64,000 nt of DNA from the human T2T-CHM13v2.0 reference genome, Homo sapiens, in assembly GCF_009914755.1 (NCBI RefSeq), contig NC_060925.1, one strand, 5' to 3'. A model generated the notes under the pieces. The model saw nothing but the letters and a program-made list of their open reading frames with translations. It searched no databases and was not told where the DNA came from. Numbering within the stretch: the stretch's first letter is position 1; each line of letters opens with the position of its first letter. Position numbers and translations under genes: made by a program. Positions 40,613 through 54,239 of the stretch are shown here, one piece after another.

Positions 40613-42584
40613 ATGAGCCATCAGACACAACTACGGAAGTGCAAAGGTCAGTCCTGGAGGCGGCGAGTTGGCAGTAGCCTGAGGGTAGGACTTGCGTCTC
40701 CCTGTGTACCTGCCGCCTCCAAGTTCAGATGCACTGGCCGTTCTCGCTGGGGCCATGAGCCAGGCAGCACCCGGGGCCCGGCACCCCAGGCCTGGACTCC
40801 TGGGCCTCTGCTCGCTCCAGTTTCCGGCACCTTTCCCAGGAGGGGCTCTGGGTGAGTGCTGGCCCTGTAGGTCCCTCGGCCTGTCGGGAGAGCCACTCAG
40901 GACAGCGGCTTCAGGCCCCCAGGCACTCTCAGCTCAGGAGGCCCGGCCTGGTTTCCTGCATTCCAGCAGAGGGCCAGATCTGACAGGCCAGCATTCCTCT
41001 CGCAGAGCATGCCCGGGGCGGCCACTCAGCACCAGGCCCCGCTGGGAGTCTCACTGGGCAAAGGCACCCAGCATCCAGCTGCCTCCCCTGCAGGACCCCA
41101 GGAGCATGGCCTGGGCTGCCAGGTGGCCTTGGAAGAGCACAAAGAGCTGTTTGTCTTCAGGCTCGGGTGAGGAGGAAGGGCCTGCCAGGAGGCTGGAGTC
41201 AGACTCTGACTCCTTCTGACACCACGGCTCCCTCTTCCCAGCAGCTTCAGCTGGTGCCTCCCCTCTCTCAGCCTCAGCTTCCCCACTGCCATCCATCCGC
41301 TCAGTCAGTTTTTCCCAGAGTGGTCACTCATGGACTCTGTTATGCGGCAGGGGCTCGAGCCTCCGCCCTGCCCGGGAGGGGCCCACAGTCAGGAGGGAAC
41401 GCGGGCAGGCAGCCGTGGGTGAGGCCCAGGACAGAGGATCCAGGGAGCTCTCAGCATCCAGAGCTGCAGTCAGGGAAGGGGAGCCAGGTGAGGGGACCTC
41501 TGAGATGGGCTTTGCAGTGTGACTAAGAGTTCACAAAGAGAAGCGTGTTCCCTGCCGGAGTGTGGTCCTCAGGGGCCTGTGGTTCCAGGTTCCCATGATT
41601 AAAGCCTGTGCCCAGGAGAGATGAGCAGGGACAGGGTGAGGGCAGATGGGCCAGGAGGCTTCCACAGGGTAGAAGCTTTGGTTACAATGCCCTTTCCTCT
41701 TCCTGCAAAGCAGTGGCCCATGGGCCAGCCCTCCCACACCCCCGTACCTGCCAGGCTTCGCAACAGCCCACAGGGACACACAGAGCCCCTGCCCAGTATC
41801 TCAGCTCCTGTCCCCAGGCATCCCAGTGCATGGAGGCTTCAAGAGGCAGAAGCCCTGTGTTTGGGAGCAGGCCTGCTGGGGACCACTAAGGGTCAGGGTC
41901 CCTCATAAGACTTTGGGGGCAGCCTCGGAGGCCCAGGCCACTCAAACATGGGAGCCAGGCTGGTGGACAGGGCCACAGCCCCACCCAGAGTCCCCCAGCA
42001 CTGGGCTTGGGCCCCCGCTTCCTCCAGGGGAGACCACGTGGGTGACTGAGTCCCACTTGTCCCCTCCAGCTCCTCCCCTGCCCCATGGGTCCTCCCTCAC
42101 CCCTCACAGCCTCAGTGTCCTTATCCGGGAGATGAGCTGCCAGCCCCTCACATACAGGCTGCAAACCATCTGCCACACTGCGGGAAATCTCTATTTCCTG
42201 GGTTCTGCAGTGTGGGGATGAGAGCAGGGAGACAGGACAAAGAGGAGGGGCCCTGAGACTGGCTCTCAGCCCTTGGTGCAGGCCACAGCTGGATTGGGGT
42301 ATGGGGCTCAGGCCCAGTACTCTGTATCCAGCTGACACCCACAGGACATTCTTGTAGCCTCCCCAGCAATGGGGAGCTCCCACCTCCAGGGACAGCCCAT
42401 GGCTCTGGGGTCACCATCCCACAAGTCAGCTCTGCCCAAGATGGTGGCCACCGGCTCCTGGCTGGTGATGGGCCTGAGGTGGAAACAGGGCTGTCTCCTC
42501 CCTCCAGGCTGAATGGCTCTGGACCTGGCTGTTTCCAGGGATAGAGCCCCGTTGCCTGGCTCAGCCAGCCTCATGGTTGTCTAG

Positions 42585-43035
42585 AGAATGCATGGATGAA
42601 TGAACGAATGATTGACCAAACAAATGAATGAATAAATTAATGATTAACTGAACAAATGAGTGAATAAATGAACTAGTGATTAATCAAACAAATGAGTGAA
42701 TGAACTAATGATTTACTCAACAAATTAATGAATGAATAAACTAATGATTGGACAAATGAACAAAGAAATGAATGGATAAATGCACAAACAAGTGACTGAA
42801 CTGATTGGATGAATGAACAAAGGAATCAATGAGTGAACAAATGATTGAACAAAGGAATGAATGAATGAATGAATGAATGAACTAGTGATTAATCAAACAA
42901 ATGCATGAATGAACTAATGATTTACTGGACAAATTAATAAATGAATGAACATATGATTGAACAAAGGAACAAATGAATTGATAAATGAACTAAGGAGAAA
43001 ATGAGTGAATGGCTGAATGAATGAACAAACGAATG
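42585..43035. repeat. Degenerate (TGAA)n repeat with 209-bp higher-order duplication
   Basis: gaactagtgattaatcaaacaaatg at both 42670 and 42879. Confidence 0.9.
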
Positions 43036-44484
43036 GCACCCGGCCAGTGAGGAGTGAATGCATTTGTCCCTTCAGCAGATATCTGACCACCAGGGTCAGC
43101 GGTGCTAACAGGCCAGGGCCCAGCTCAAGCCCCCGTTTCCTTTTCTGAGGAGTATCCCCAGGGTCTCATCCTCCCAGTGATTCAAGGCCCCTGCCTGTGG
43201 CCCAGTCCCCCAGCCAGCACTAGGAGGGTCCCACCTGCCTCCTTCAGCCATAGCCCCCATGTACACCCATGGGTCTCCTCCCTCACCTCTCGACTCTGAG
43301 GTGGGTGGCAGGAGGTAAGAGAGCTGACCACCACCGGCCCAGGGATCTCACACATTGTAAAAAAAAAAAAAAAAAAAAAAGGTGCCTCAGTTTCCCCACC
43401 CCATTGCCCTCCTTTGGAATTTCTATGAAGCATACGTGGGGTGGTGCACACTTGGCACACACGGACGGACACACACACAGTCACACAGCCACACACAGAC
43501 CAGGAAGTCACACACAGAACCTTGAAACCTCACATGAGACCACTGAGAATCCCATGGCAGAGGACGCCCTGCCTGTGGGCAGCCCACGCACTGACAGCTT
43601 CCTGGGGCCCACAGTGAACAAGGCCCAGGCCCCTAGGCAGACACACGCAACGAGAGGATGGACAGGTGGACAGAGGCAGAGGAAGGAGTGGATCCCTGGA
43701 CGGCTGCCTGGCGAGTCAGGCAGGTGGTGTGGGTGGGGTGGGGGTCATAGTGGGAGGTGGGTGGATGAATCCTGGGAAGTTGATGGGACTGGTTTCTACC
43801 ATGGGGGACACCACAAAGCTCCAAGCTTGGCTCGGGAGGCTGGGCACAGAAGCCCATCCTTGTCCCAGCTCTGCAGACCCCACTGTCCTTGCCAGCCCCA
43901 CCCTCTGCACCTCCCAGTCCCTTCAGATATTTCAGTCCCCAGGTAAGTGCTTCTGTCTCCTGACACAGGTGCTCCTGCACACACACGTTCTCATGCAGCA
44001 CACTCAAGCGCAGGCTTAGGCACACAGGCCACCTCTCACAGCTAACATAGGTCAAGTGACAGTGGGCCAGGGGGTGCAGGTGGGAGAGCCGGAGAGGGGG
44101 GTCTCAGAGAACCACAGGGGAGTGGCCAGAGCAGGGGGAGGGACCAGGATGAGAGGAAGGGATGGGGTAGCTCCAACAGGCGTATGACAGCAGGGTCACA
44201 GGCTGTACCCACCCTGCCTGGCCGCTGACACAGGGGGCCAGACAGGGGGCACAGGGCAGAAGTGCAGGGCACTGGGCCAGGCTGAGGACCTTCTGCTGCC
44301 CTCGGGAGAGCTACCCCCCGCCAGCCCCTGGGTGACAGGCCCTCCCCTAGATGCCACTGGTTCACCCCTGCCCTCCCCAAAGTCACGTCCTAGGCACCCC
44401 TGCCCTCTGTCCCCTCTTCTTCCCTTGCAAAGTGGCAGGTGCAGGTGCTCACGCCAGGCTCGGCAGCCCCCAGTCTGCTTTGCG

Positions 44485-44698
44485 GCTCTCTCTTTCAGTC
44501 TGTCTCTCTGTTTCTGTCTCTCTGTCTTACCTCTCTGCCACTCTCTGTCTCCCTCTGTCTCTGTCTCTCTGCTTCCCCCCTCTGTCTCTATCTTCCCCTC
44601 TGTCTCTCAATCTCTCTCTCTCTGTCTCCCTCCATCTTTCTCCGTCTCTCTCCTTTCCTCTCCCTATCTCTTCCTCTCCCTGTCTCTGTCTGTCTCCC
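44485..44698. repeat. (CT/CTGT)n low-complexity repeat
   Basis: Long ctctctgt-type pyrimidine run. Confidence 0.88.
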
Positions 44699-45326
44699 GG
44701 CATGTCCCTCCCGCTAGTGTCTATGTTCAGCTGTTTTCCTCTGGCTGTGTGAGGGCAGTGGTGGGTGCAGGGGCGTCCCATGCTGCTCTGCTGTTGGAAG
44801 TTCCTTCATCCAGGGCGGAGAATGTGCTTGGGCCAGGGGTAGGAGGCGGGGCGCAGGCGGCCTGCAGTCCCACAGGAACTCGTGCAAGGAAAACTCTCTG
44901 AAGCTGCAGGGCCCACGCACCCACCTTGGCTGTGGGACGGAGAGAAGCCCCTCCGGGGTACAACTCCGCCAGACGGCCCAGCCTGAACCTCTTTTCCACG
45001 CACTTCCCCAACTTCCACAGCCTCCCCACAGCCCTAGGTCACTGGCCTATGCCCCACCATGCTGGGACCAGACCCCGGAACGCCTCCCACCTGAAAATGG
45101 CCTTGAAACACATGACTCCGTCACAGTCACAACAGACTGCAGGCAGGGCACCAGCCTAGTGCCACAGCCCACCAACAGCGTGCGGCCAGACCAGAGCACA
45201 GGCCCACAGACCCACAGGAGCCATGCTCAGTGTCCCTCCCTCAGTGTCAGCCCACAGAGGCTGGTGGCCATGGAAGCAGGAGAGACAGGACAGTGAGATA
45301 GACACATAGGGACAGACAATATCAGT

Positions 45327-45779
45327 GTCCCGTCTCCACAGGGTCCCCATGTCCTTGAGGTGACCTGGGCCACATGTCCCCTCAGTGTTCTGTCTTTCTA
45401 CAGTGTCCCCATGTCCACGGGGAGGGGGGGGGGAAGTGGGCCACACATCCCCTCCACATCCCATCCCTCCACAGCATTCCTATGTCTACAGGGGGACCTG
45501 GGCCATGCGTCCCCTCCACGTCCCATCCCTCCACGACATTCCCGTGTCCATGGCGGGACCTGGGCCACATGTCCTCTCCACATCCCGTCCTTCCACAGCA
45601 TTCCCATGTCCACAGGGGGACCTGGGCCACACGTCTCCTCCACATCCCGTCCCTCCATGGCATTCCCGTGTCCATGGGGGGACCTGGGCCACATGTCCCC
45701 TCCACGTCCTGTCTCTCCACAGCACTCCCATATCAATGCAGGGACCTGGGCCACGTGTCCCTTCCAGGTCCTGTCCTGT
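45327..45779. repeat. 62-bp minisatellite, ~7 copies
   Basis: Anchor gacctgggcca at 45495, 45557, 45619, 45681 and 45743 (62-bp period), plus degenerate upstream copies. Confidence 0.92.
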
Positions 45780-47129
45780 CCGTGTCCTGTGCTCCTGCCT
45801 TTGGGGCTGTAACTTTCAATTTCTTGGCCCAGTTCCAGGCTTGTCAACAGCCTCTGGCAGTCAGGAATTGGACATTCTCAGAAGAGTATCAGGCATGGTG
45901 CCCATTGGGTCTGTGCAGTTATGTTGTGCCAACTGTTTGCTTTTCCCGCCATGTAGGCTCATTCTTGTGTAAAAGATTCCCAATTGCACAAGAACCTGGC
46001 TGGTCTTTAGGGCTGGGTAACTGGGAGTAGGAGGGCCCCAGCCTTTTCTTTTGGGCCTTTGAATTGATAGAAGCTCAGGGTCCATCGGGAGGGATCTCCT
46101 AGTGACCTTGGAGCCCACAGACCCCAGCAGAGACCCCCCCGCCCCACCAGCCCTCCTGGTTACCTCCCCGGCCCAAAAGGTCCATCGGGGACTGGCCCTG
46201 GGAGTCAAGGATGCTGCGATACCTCCCCCTGCAGAGCTCCCCTTCCTAGGGAGCCTGGACCAGACCCAGCCTCTCCCAAGCCCTTGGCCAGCCCTCCAGC
46301 CCTGATCCAGTGGAGCTTGACGTCATGAATTCAGCAGCATTTCCATGAGTACCCCTCCTCCCCTGTCCCAGCGACCGTGCTAGACCAAGCAGTCTGTGGG
46401 GCTGTCTGGCCTCCTCCTTGGCTGTACCCAGGGTACATCAGGCCTCCTGTCCACACCAAGCCCCTGCTGGGGACAGGCACTGGGACCTTCCAGGCAGCCC
46501 ACCGGGCCTCAAAAAGCCCCTCTCCCATGGGCATCATCCTTGAAGGCACCTGGCCCAGGATAGACACGTTGTCTCTGAGAGTGGCACCTAGGCCTGGGCA
46601 GGCAATCCCGGGAAGCTGCCTGGAGGAGGAGGTGGCACACTTGAGTCATTTGTGATGGGAGTTCCACCTGCACGTGAGAAGGCCAGGAGGGTCCAGGCAG
46701 AGTTCCTGGGCCTGGACAGCATGTGGGCCATAGGCAAGGCAGGGACACTGGCCTCAGGGGTCGGAACATTGTCAGGGGAACAGATGGAGGGGCAGACTTG
46801 GGGCAGGTGACCGCCCGAGGAAACTGAAGTCCAGCCCTAGGTCCAGGTAGTAGGGAGAAGGTGGGTAGGGACAAGACAATGGGGACAAGCCTCACGGTGG
46901 AGAAGCTCGGGAGGAGGGTGGGGGTGCCCATGACAGAGCCCCAGGATGGGCTCCTGCGAGGGCACAGCTCCACCCCCCGCCCCCCAGGCTGAGCCCACTT
47001 CCCATCTCCAGCATCCCCAGGGATGGGAGAGGAGACTCCAGGTGGGAAGAAACCCCTGATCTGAGGCTGCTCCTAGGGGAAGAGGGATGGCTTACCCTGA
47101 CCCCTGATGGCCAGGCCAGGCCAGGCAGG

Positions 47130-47245
47130 TCTCTGTCTCTCTATGTCTGTGTGTCTGTCTCTACCTCTGCCTCTCTTTGTTTCATTCTCTCTCTGTCTGT
47201 CTCTGTCTTTCTGACTTTGTGTCTGTCTCTGTCTTACTCACTGTC

Positions 47246-47285
<40 letters not shown>

Positions 47286-47297
47286 TCTGTGTGTGTT
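47130..47297. repeat. (CTGT)n followed by a (GT)17 microsatellite
   Basis: Pure GT run at 47251-47284. Confidence 0.92.
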
Positions 47298-48262
47298 GCT
47301 GGGTCTCCCTGGTGGCCTGGGGAGGTCCTGCGGGTGGTGTGGCCTGGTTGAGCCTAGTCAGCCGTGGGGAGGGGCCTCTCCTGCTGGCCCCGGCCTCCTG
47401 GGCCTTCGTCTCCCTACCCGTGCATTGAGGAAAAGAGTCATCGGTCTGGGATAACAACCTCCTGCCGTCCAGAGGCTGGGGGCCCAGAGCCACATGTACA
47501 GGCCAGGACAGTGGGCAGACGGCTCCATCCTGGAACTCTCAAGACAGCAGGGGGTGGGGCTGACCAGGGAGGGAGGCGGCTTCACATTGCCTGGAACACC
47601 CAACCTGAAAGAGCAACTGCTCCCCAAGCCGAGACCAGGGTACCAGGGGCCAGGCAGGGCTCGGGAACCCAGGACACGCCAGCCTGGCCTGTCCTGTGGC
47701 GCCGCCAGACCCCCATGCCTGGGCTGCCTCAGTGCTCCTGCCATCCTCTCCTCCAGTCCCACTGTGGGCACCAGTGGGGCGGGGATGCCTGATCGTGAGC
47801 AAGGAGGGGCTCCCCAAACCCTAGGCTGAGGCTGGGGGCTCTAAGGAGACCCGAGACAGTGTGGGGCAGTGGGGGGACTGGGCAACTGGCATATCCCCAC
47901 ATCCTACAGCTCCAAGGAAGACCTGTCCTTCCCGCAGCCCTTGAAATTCGAGCCTAAGAGAATCTAGAGCCAGGGCCTGGCCTCTGCTCCCAGCCAGGCA
48001 CTAGGCACTGCAAACCCCAGGGTGGGACCCTGACCACCTCACAGACCTACCCCACACACAGCTGGCTCTGGAGCCCCACCTGGGCCGTTCACAGACTAGC
48101 CAGGCCCCGGATGGTGGCTGGAGACGGGCGCCCCTCCTCCCACACAGCCAGACCCCTCAGCCAAGAAGGTGCAGCCCCACGGGCACCACAGGGCACCCCT
48201 TGCCCAAAGGCCTCCAGGTGGAAAGGAAGCCAACACCTCATGGCAGGAGAGGAGGCCACGCC

Positions 48263-48833
48263 TGCCTGGGGTGTGGGGGATGCAGCCCCACCCTGGGGTC
48301 TTGGAAACACGGCCCTACCCTCGGGTCTGGGGGAAGTGGCACCACCCTGGGGTCTTAGGGATGTGGCCCCACCCTGGGGTCTGAGGGACACAGCCTCACT
48401 CTGGGGTCTGGGGGACATGGCCCTACCCTGTGGTCCGGGGGATGTGACCCTACCCTAGGGTCTGGGAAATGTGGCCCTACCCTGGGGTCTGGGGGACATG
48501 GCACTGCCCTGGGGTCTTAGGGATGTGGCCCCCCTGGGGTCTGGGGGACACAGCTTCACCCTCGGGTCTGGGGGACATGGCTCAGGGGATGTGGCCCCAC
48601 TCTGAGGTCTGGGGGACACAGCCCTGCCTTGGGGTCTGGGGGATGTGGCCCCGCCCGGAGGCCTGGGGTACACAGCCTTACCCTGGGATCTGGGGGACAT
48701 GGCCCCGCCCTGGGGTCTGGGGGACGTGACCCTACCCTGGGGTCTGGGGGATGTGGGCCCGCTCAGGGGCCTGGGGTACACAGCCTCACCCTGGGGTCTG
48801 AAGGATGTAGCCCTACCTTGGTTCTGGAGACAC
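48263..48833. repeat. 27-bp G-rich minisatellite, ~21 copies
   Basis: Unit approx. ccctggggtctgggggaygtggcccya; starts at 48291, 48318, 48345 and 48372. Confidence 0.92.
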
Positions 48834-51229
48834 AGCTGTGATCACAGGGCTGGCAGCTCCCAGAGACCTAGTTGAACCCAACCTTGGCTCTGCCCTGGTC
48901 CTCTCTGGGCTGTGACCTGGGCATGTCAGGTGGAGGGGTGGCCAGAAGCGCACAGCGGGCCAGGCGGGCCATTCCCCATTCCTGCTAGAGCATGCCCAGC
49001 CGAGCTCCAGTCTAGACCCAGCTGTTCATGAACCCTCTGCCAAGGCCATGTAGCCCTGTGACATCCCGGCTCCCAGCTGCAGTCTTTCCCAGCCTGTCAT
49101 GGGGACAAGGCAGTTGGGCCCTCCCTGACCAGGCAGGCCTCGTGGGACCCCCAGCCCTGCCCTGGGTCTGCCAAGGGGACTTTGTGCTCTGGGTGCAGAC
49201 GGGGCGGGGGTGTGCATCCCCACCATGCCACTGGGGCTTGGCACTCGGCCAGTCACCCTTGGCTGGGGGCAGCGGGAGCCAGGGCAGCAGGAGGTTAGCC
49301 GGGTGTCAACGAGGCGATCTCCTGGGGTCAGTGGGCACCAGCTGAGGGCAACATCTCCATGGGATCCCGGGTGGCGGGCATGTTCCCTGGAAGGTTCGCT
49401 GTGGCTCCTGTCTGTGCCTGAGCTCCCAAGAGCATCTGGCCCTCGCATTCCATCAGGGGAATAAGAGGGCAGCTCTCACACGGCCCCAGCCCTGGACTGG
49501 GGAGGGTCATTGTCCCCTAAGCCTGGAGGTGCTGTTCATGGTGGGTGGCTCTGCAGATGCCCCTGTCCGGCCGGGTGGGCAGCCACCCTTCCTGCTGTGA
49601 GCCTCAGGCACAGTGCCCACAGCCAGCCCTTCTGTGGGGACCGCAGCCAGAGGCCCAGGAGTGGGGCACAGTCCCTGGTAGCTCCTGGACCACTCAACAT
49701 GGGGTGAGAGGCCCACAAAGCCCCGTCATCTTCACACACAAGGCTGCAGGAACTAGTCTAGGGGCCTGGGCACCCCTCAGGGTCACTCCAAAAGCGCCCT
49801 GGCTCCAGTCTCTGTGTACCTGGGAACCTCAGTGCTCCTCCTGGGCTCTGCTCCCTCCTAGGCTCGAAACTGCCAGGGCACCCAGGCCCCTCCTCCTAGG
49901 ATCCCTGCCCCCGGGCAGCCCCTGCCTCACCTCTCCCTTCAGGGCCATCCCTGGGAGGGGTTCACCCAGCAGCCCCTGGACAGAAGGAGTGGGCCTACTG
50001 TCTTCTTTCGTTCATGTGGCATCTGAGCATGCATTGAGCCACATGCGTTGGCCAGTGTGGAAAAGGAGCTGAGAGGCCAAGTCAGGATGGGGTCTCTGGG
50101 CCCCCGCCATGCCAGCAGGGTTCCAGCCTCCTCCCAACCCCATGGTTGCAGATTGGTGGGGGCCTTGAGGAACCAGCGTTTCCCAGCTCCCCAGTTCAAG
50201 TCACACACTTCGCAGAGATCAGCCCCGCTTCCTCTGGGAGGGCAGTGAGGACTCCTGGGAATAGCCTGGCCCACCCCCACCCCAGGCCACAAGGTCCCAG
50301 ATGCCCCCATAAAACGTTCAAGACCTCCATGTGGGCCTGGGTTTCATATGTTTGTCCCCGATATGTAGGCCTTGTTATTTGGCACTGAGGACGCCCCTGG
50401 GGCTCCATAAATGTCACTGGCCGCAGACATTCGGTGCCTATTTCCACCATTCAGCGCTGGCCACCCTGCCCAGGCCCTCGCTGTGGGCCAGGTCGGGGGA
50501 CAGCTTGTTCCTCCTTCCCACTTGCGGTGTGATTCCAAGAGCTCTAGGCCTCTCTGGGCCTTCAGGTGGGCCCTGTGGAAAAAGCTCTGCTCCCAGCTGG
50601 CCAGGCCCAAGCTGAATGCCCCTGGAGGGACCCACGCCCACGTTGGAGGCAGGAGACTCCAGCATTGGAAGTACAGGATCCAAATGCCTGGGGGTCTCCA
50701 GCTGCCCATAAAGGAGTCACAGTGACACCTTCTGGCTCCATGCCCGCTTCCCTGGGGAAGGGCCCTGTGGCCAGCATGGTGGGCACTGCCTGCCTGCCCT
50801 GGCCAAGCTGCACAGGGGACCCACGCCCAGGGAAGCCCTGTCCACGCCACGGACAGAGGGGCAGGGCCTGACCCAGCACTGCCCCTGGAGGCTCCCAGGG
50901 GACTGAAGCTGGAGGAGCCTGGTCTCCATTGCTAGCCACAGAAGAGTCCACACCTCCAGCTCCCGCATTAACCGAGGCCGAGCAGACGGAAGGGAGGGGA
51001 GCCGCCAACTCCCAGTGCTAGAACTCCAAGTCCTGCCTGGGCATGGGCTGCCAAGCCTCCCACTGCAGTGGGTCCCTTAGGAGGCACTCAGCTTAGCAGC
51101 TCACTGGGTTTCCCGTCCCTGTGGCCTGGCCCTGTCACCATTCTTTAGCCCCAAGGTCCTCCTGGCAACTCAGGTCCCTCACACTGGCTCCATACAGTGC
51201 CTCCCTGCCTTCCTGGCCTCTGCGCACCC

Positions 51230-51882
51230 TACCCACCACCCTCCTCCTCCCTCCTCCTACTCCCTCCCTCTCCCTACTCCCTCCTCCTCCCACCATCCCC
51301 CTCCTCCCTCCTCCTACTCCATCCTCCTACTCCCTCCCTCCTCCTCCTACTCCCTCCTCCCTCCCTCCTCCTCCCTCCTCCTCCCACCCTCTCCCTCCTC
51401 CCTCCCTCCTCCTACTCCCTCCTCCTCTCACCTCTTCCCACCCTCCTCCTCCTCCCTCCTCCTGCTCCATCCTTCTACTCCCTCCTCCTCCCTCCCTCCT
51501 CCTACTCCCTCATCCCTTCCCCCTCCCTCCTTCTACTCCCTTCTCCCTCCTCCTACTCCCTCCTCCCTTCCTGCTCCTCCCTCTCCCTTCCTTCTTCCTC
51601 CCTTTCTCTCCCTCCCTCCCACTCTCCTTCCTCCTTTCCTGTTCCTGCCTCTCCCTCTCCCTTCCTTCTTATTCCTCCCTTTCTCTCCCTCCCTCCCACT
51701 CTCCTTCCTCCTTTCCTGTTCCTGCCTCTCCCTCCCTCCTCCTTTTTTCCTCCTCCCTCCCTCTTCCTCATCCTCCTTCCTTGTTACTCCTCCCTCCCTC
51801 TCCCTTTCCCTTCTGCTTCTCCCTTGCCTCCCTCCCTCCTCCTACTTTCTTCCCTCTCCCCTCCCGCTCTCTCCCTCCCTCC
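51230..51882. repeat. ~650-bp polypyrimidine (CCT/CCCT) tract
   Basis: Almost entirely C/T on the plus strand. Confidence 0.95.
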
Positions 51883-51949
51883 TAGAGGCTGCTGTCTTCT
51901 GCTGCTGTCCTGAGCAGCACAAGACATAACCAGGCCCATGCCCATTTGT

Positions 51950-52520
51950 CTTTTCACAATGGCAGGCTGTTACTGATGCTATTTCAATTATAAAAGCCAC
52001 GAGCTGCAAGGAGTTCCCCGGGAGGCAGTGCTCCTTAGTACTTCCCGTTCACCGGGTTGTCAGGGCCGGAACCCAGGCTCAAGCCACTGCACAGGGCAGT
52101 AGTTACTGCATACCTCGCATCAAAGCACACTTAAGCCACGTGTAATGGTATAGATTAAGCATTCCACAACCAAGTGACACCTAACAGCAAGAGAAAAGGG
52201 ATAGGAAAAGGGGTCAACGATCTGGTCCAAGGAGAGCCACATGGACAAGGAGCATCCTAGCCTGACCCTAACGGATGTCAGCATCTTGCAAAGAAGAGGC
52301 CTTGATATGGGCAGAGATTTGGTCTGCGGATGCTGAATCTGACCATGAGTGATAGCAGGATGGCGTCTGTTATGATGGCCGCCTCGAGCTGGTGAAGCCC
52401 TGCTCTTTTTATGGCCACAGAGTCCTTGGTGAGGACGGATGGTAAACAGCGTGCCTGGCTACGCCCTTATCTGGTGGGGGACAGCCTCTGGATTAGGCGA
52501 ACGTCTGGTCCCTGCTGGCC
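51950..52520 (-). mobile_element. Probable LTR-element fragment, family uncertain
   Basis: Composition differs from flanks; minus-strand CATAAAAAG TATA-like box near 52405 in an LTR-like context. Confidence 0.35.
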
Positions 52521-52755
52521 TGATGCCCTCTCAAGTGGAGGAAGGAGTCTTTTCCTAAGAGGGAGTGACTATGTGGAGAGTGCTCTGCACACCTGTGCAG
52601 CTTGTCCCATGCCCCACCCATGCCCAAGCAAACCATGCCAGCCTCCACACCCGCATGCCAGGCCTGTCTTAGTGACCCTGGCACCTGGACTCCCAGCCAG
52701 GCCGAGAGAAGCCCACTCCTCCCAGCCCCTCACCAAGGGGCTGCCTCACCCACAG

Positions 52756-52805
52756 CCCACAGCCGCCTCACCAAGGGTGGCCCACAGCCGCCTCACCAAG
52801 GGTGG
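52756..52805. repeat. 25-bp tandem duplication
   Basis: cccacagccgcctcaccaagggtgg x2, with a degenerate copy upstream. Confidence 0.85.
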
Positions 52806-52982
52806 CACCCTGCAGGTCCCTAGGCCTCCTTCTAGATGTGGCTGACACCTGTTCTGCCACCTTGGGGGCCACTGGCTCAGAGTTACAGGGACATCAAGGC
52901 TGCGCTGGCTGTGTGGGGGCCCCTGCCACTCTGAGTAGACAGGGATTTAATGTGTGGGCCAAGTGCTTAGAAAGTCCCCAAG

Positions 52983-53285
<303 letters not shown>

Positions 53286-53289
53286 CAAC

Positions 53290-53755
53290 AGGACCTACGA
53301 CCATGCCATGGGCCCCTACACTTAAAGAATAAACGGTGTTCTAACTGTACTACAAGGGTTTTCTTTTTCTCCAGCAGCTAAAGAAGCACTGGCCTCCAGC
53401 TAAGCAACGTCAAGACAACTGCAGCTTACCCAGCTCACAGAGGCTGACTCTCCAACCCCCTGCTCCACCAGCCACGACAGCAGCGTTCACTGGACCAGGA
53501 CACTGACTTCAGGAGCTTTCTCCTGGTGAGAGACCACGACCGTGGGCTGGTCCTGGCCAGTTTACAGAGGCTGTGCACTTGAGCCCCTTTGAGTCCTGGA
53601 AAGACCTAATTGGAATACATCTACATGTGAAGCCTCCACCCCAAGGTAAGCATGAGTCACATGTCACATGCATGTGTGTTCCACGAACATGTGTGAGGGC
53701 CACCCTCATGGATCTCCATAGACCTCCTGTAGCCTGTGGAATATGTGTGTTTGGC
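53290..53755 (+). mobile_element. ERV1-class LTR (MER39/MER34-like)
   Basis: ctggtcctggccagtttacagaggctgtgcac and ctccaccccaaggtaagcatg motifs. Confidence 0.6.
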
Positions 53756-54239
53756 CCCTGGACTGCACACCCTTCTCCATTCTCTGCCTCCTCCCAACCA
53801 GCTCCTCCTCACGGTCTGTGCTGCTCCTGCACGGCTCCCCAGAAGCTGATCTGGCCACACACAGGCTGGCCAATGACCTCGAAGGCCCAGTCCACCTGCC
53901 GAGTTCTTCCTTCATCATGCTCACCGTCAGTCCCCTCGTCCACAGCCTCTTCCACCGTTAGAATGACTTTCAGAAAACCAAAACTAAACAGTATTGATTG
54001 TGTCATGTATTTGTAAAAATCAAGCAAAATATAAATGCACCATGAGAGTAAAACACGACCCCAGATTCCTTCCCTGAGAAGTAAACTGTGCTAATCCTAT
54101 GTGACATTTAATCCAGGCCTCCCTCGTGCATTCTATAGGATCCTGGGGTTAACATACAGGCCAAGAGAATTACAGTTTATTTAATTATAGGTCTACCTTA
54201 AATGAACAGTGTTGACTGGAAATATGTTCTTTAAATTAT

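Noticed and set aside
43359-43380. Isolated A22 run as a processed-pseudogene tail
   Set aside because: No upstream polyA signal, TSD or recognisable retrocopy body found.
45327-48833. Regularly spaced repeats as a CRISPR-like array
   Set aside because: Head-to-tail tandem units without unique spacers, no cas genes, and human DNA.
28000-51000. Dense overlapping 60-240 aa ORFs
   Set aside because: Expected in GC-rich DNA; no recognisable domains or consistent exon structure.
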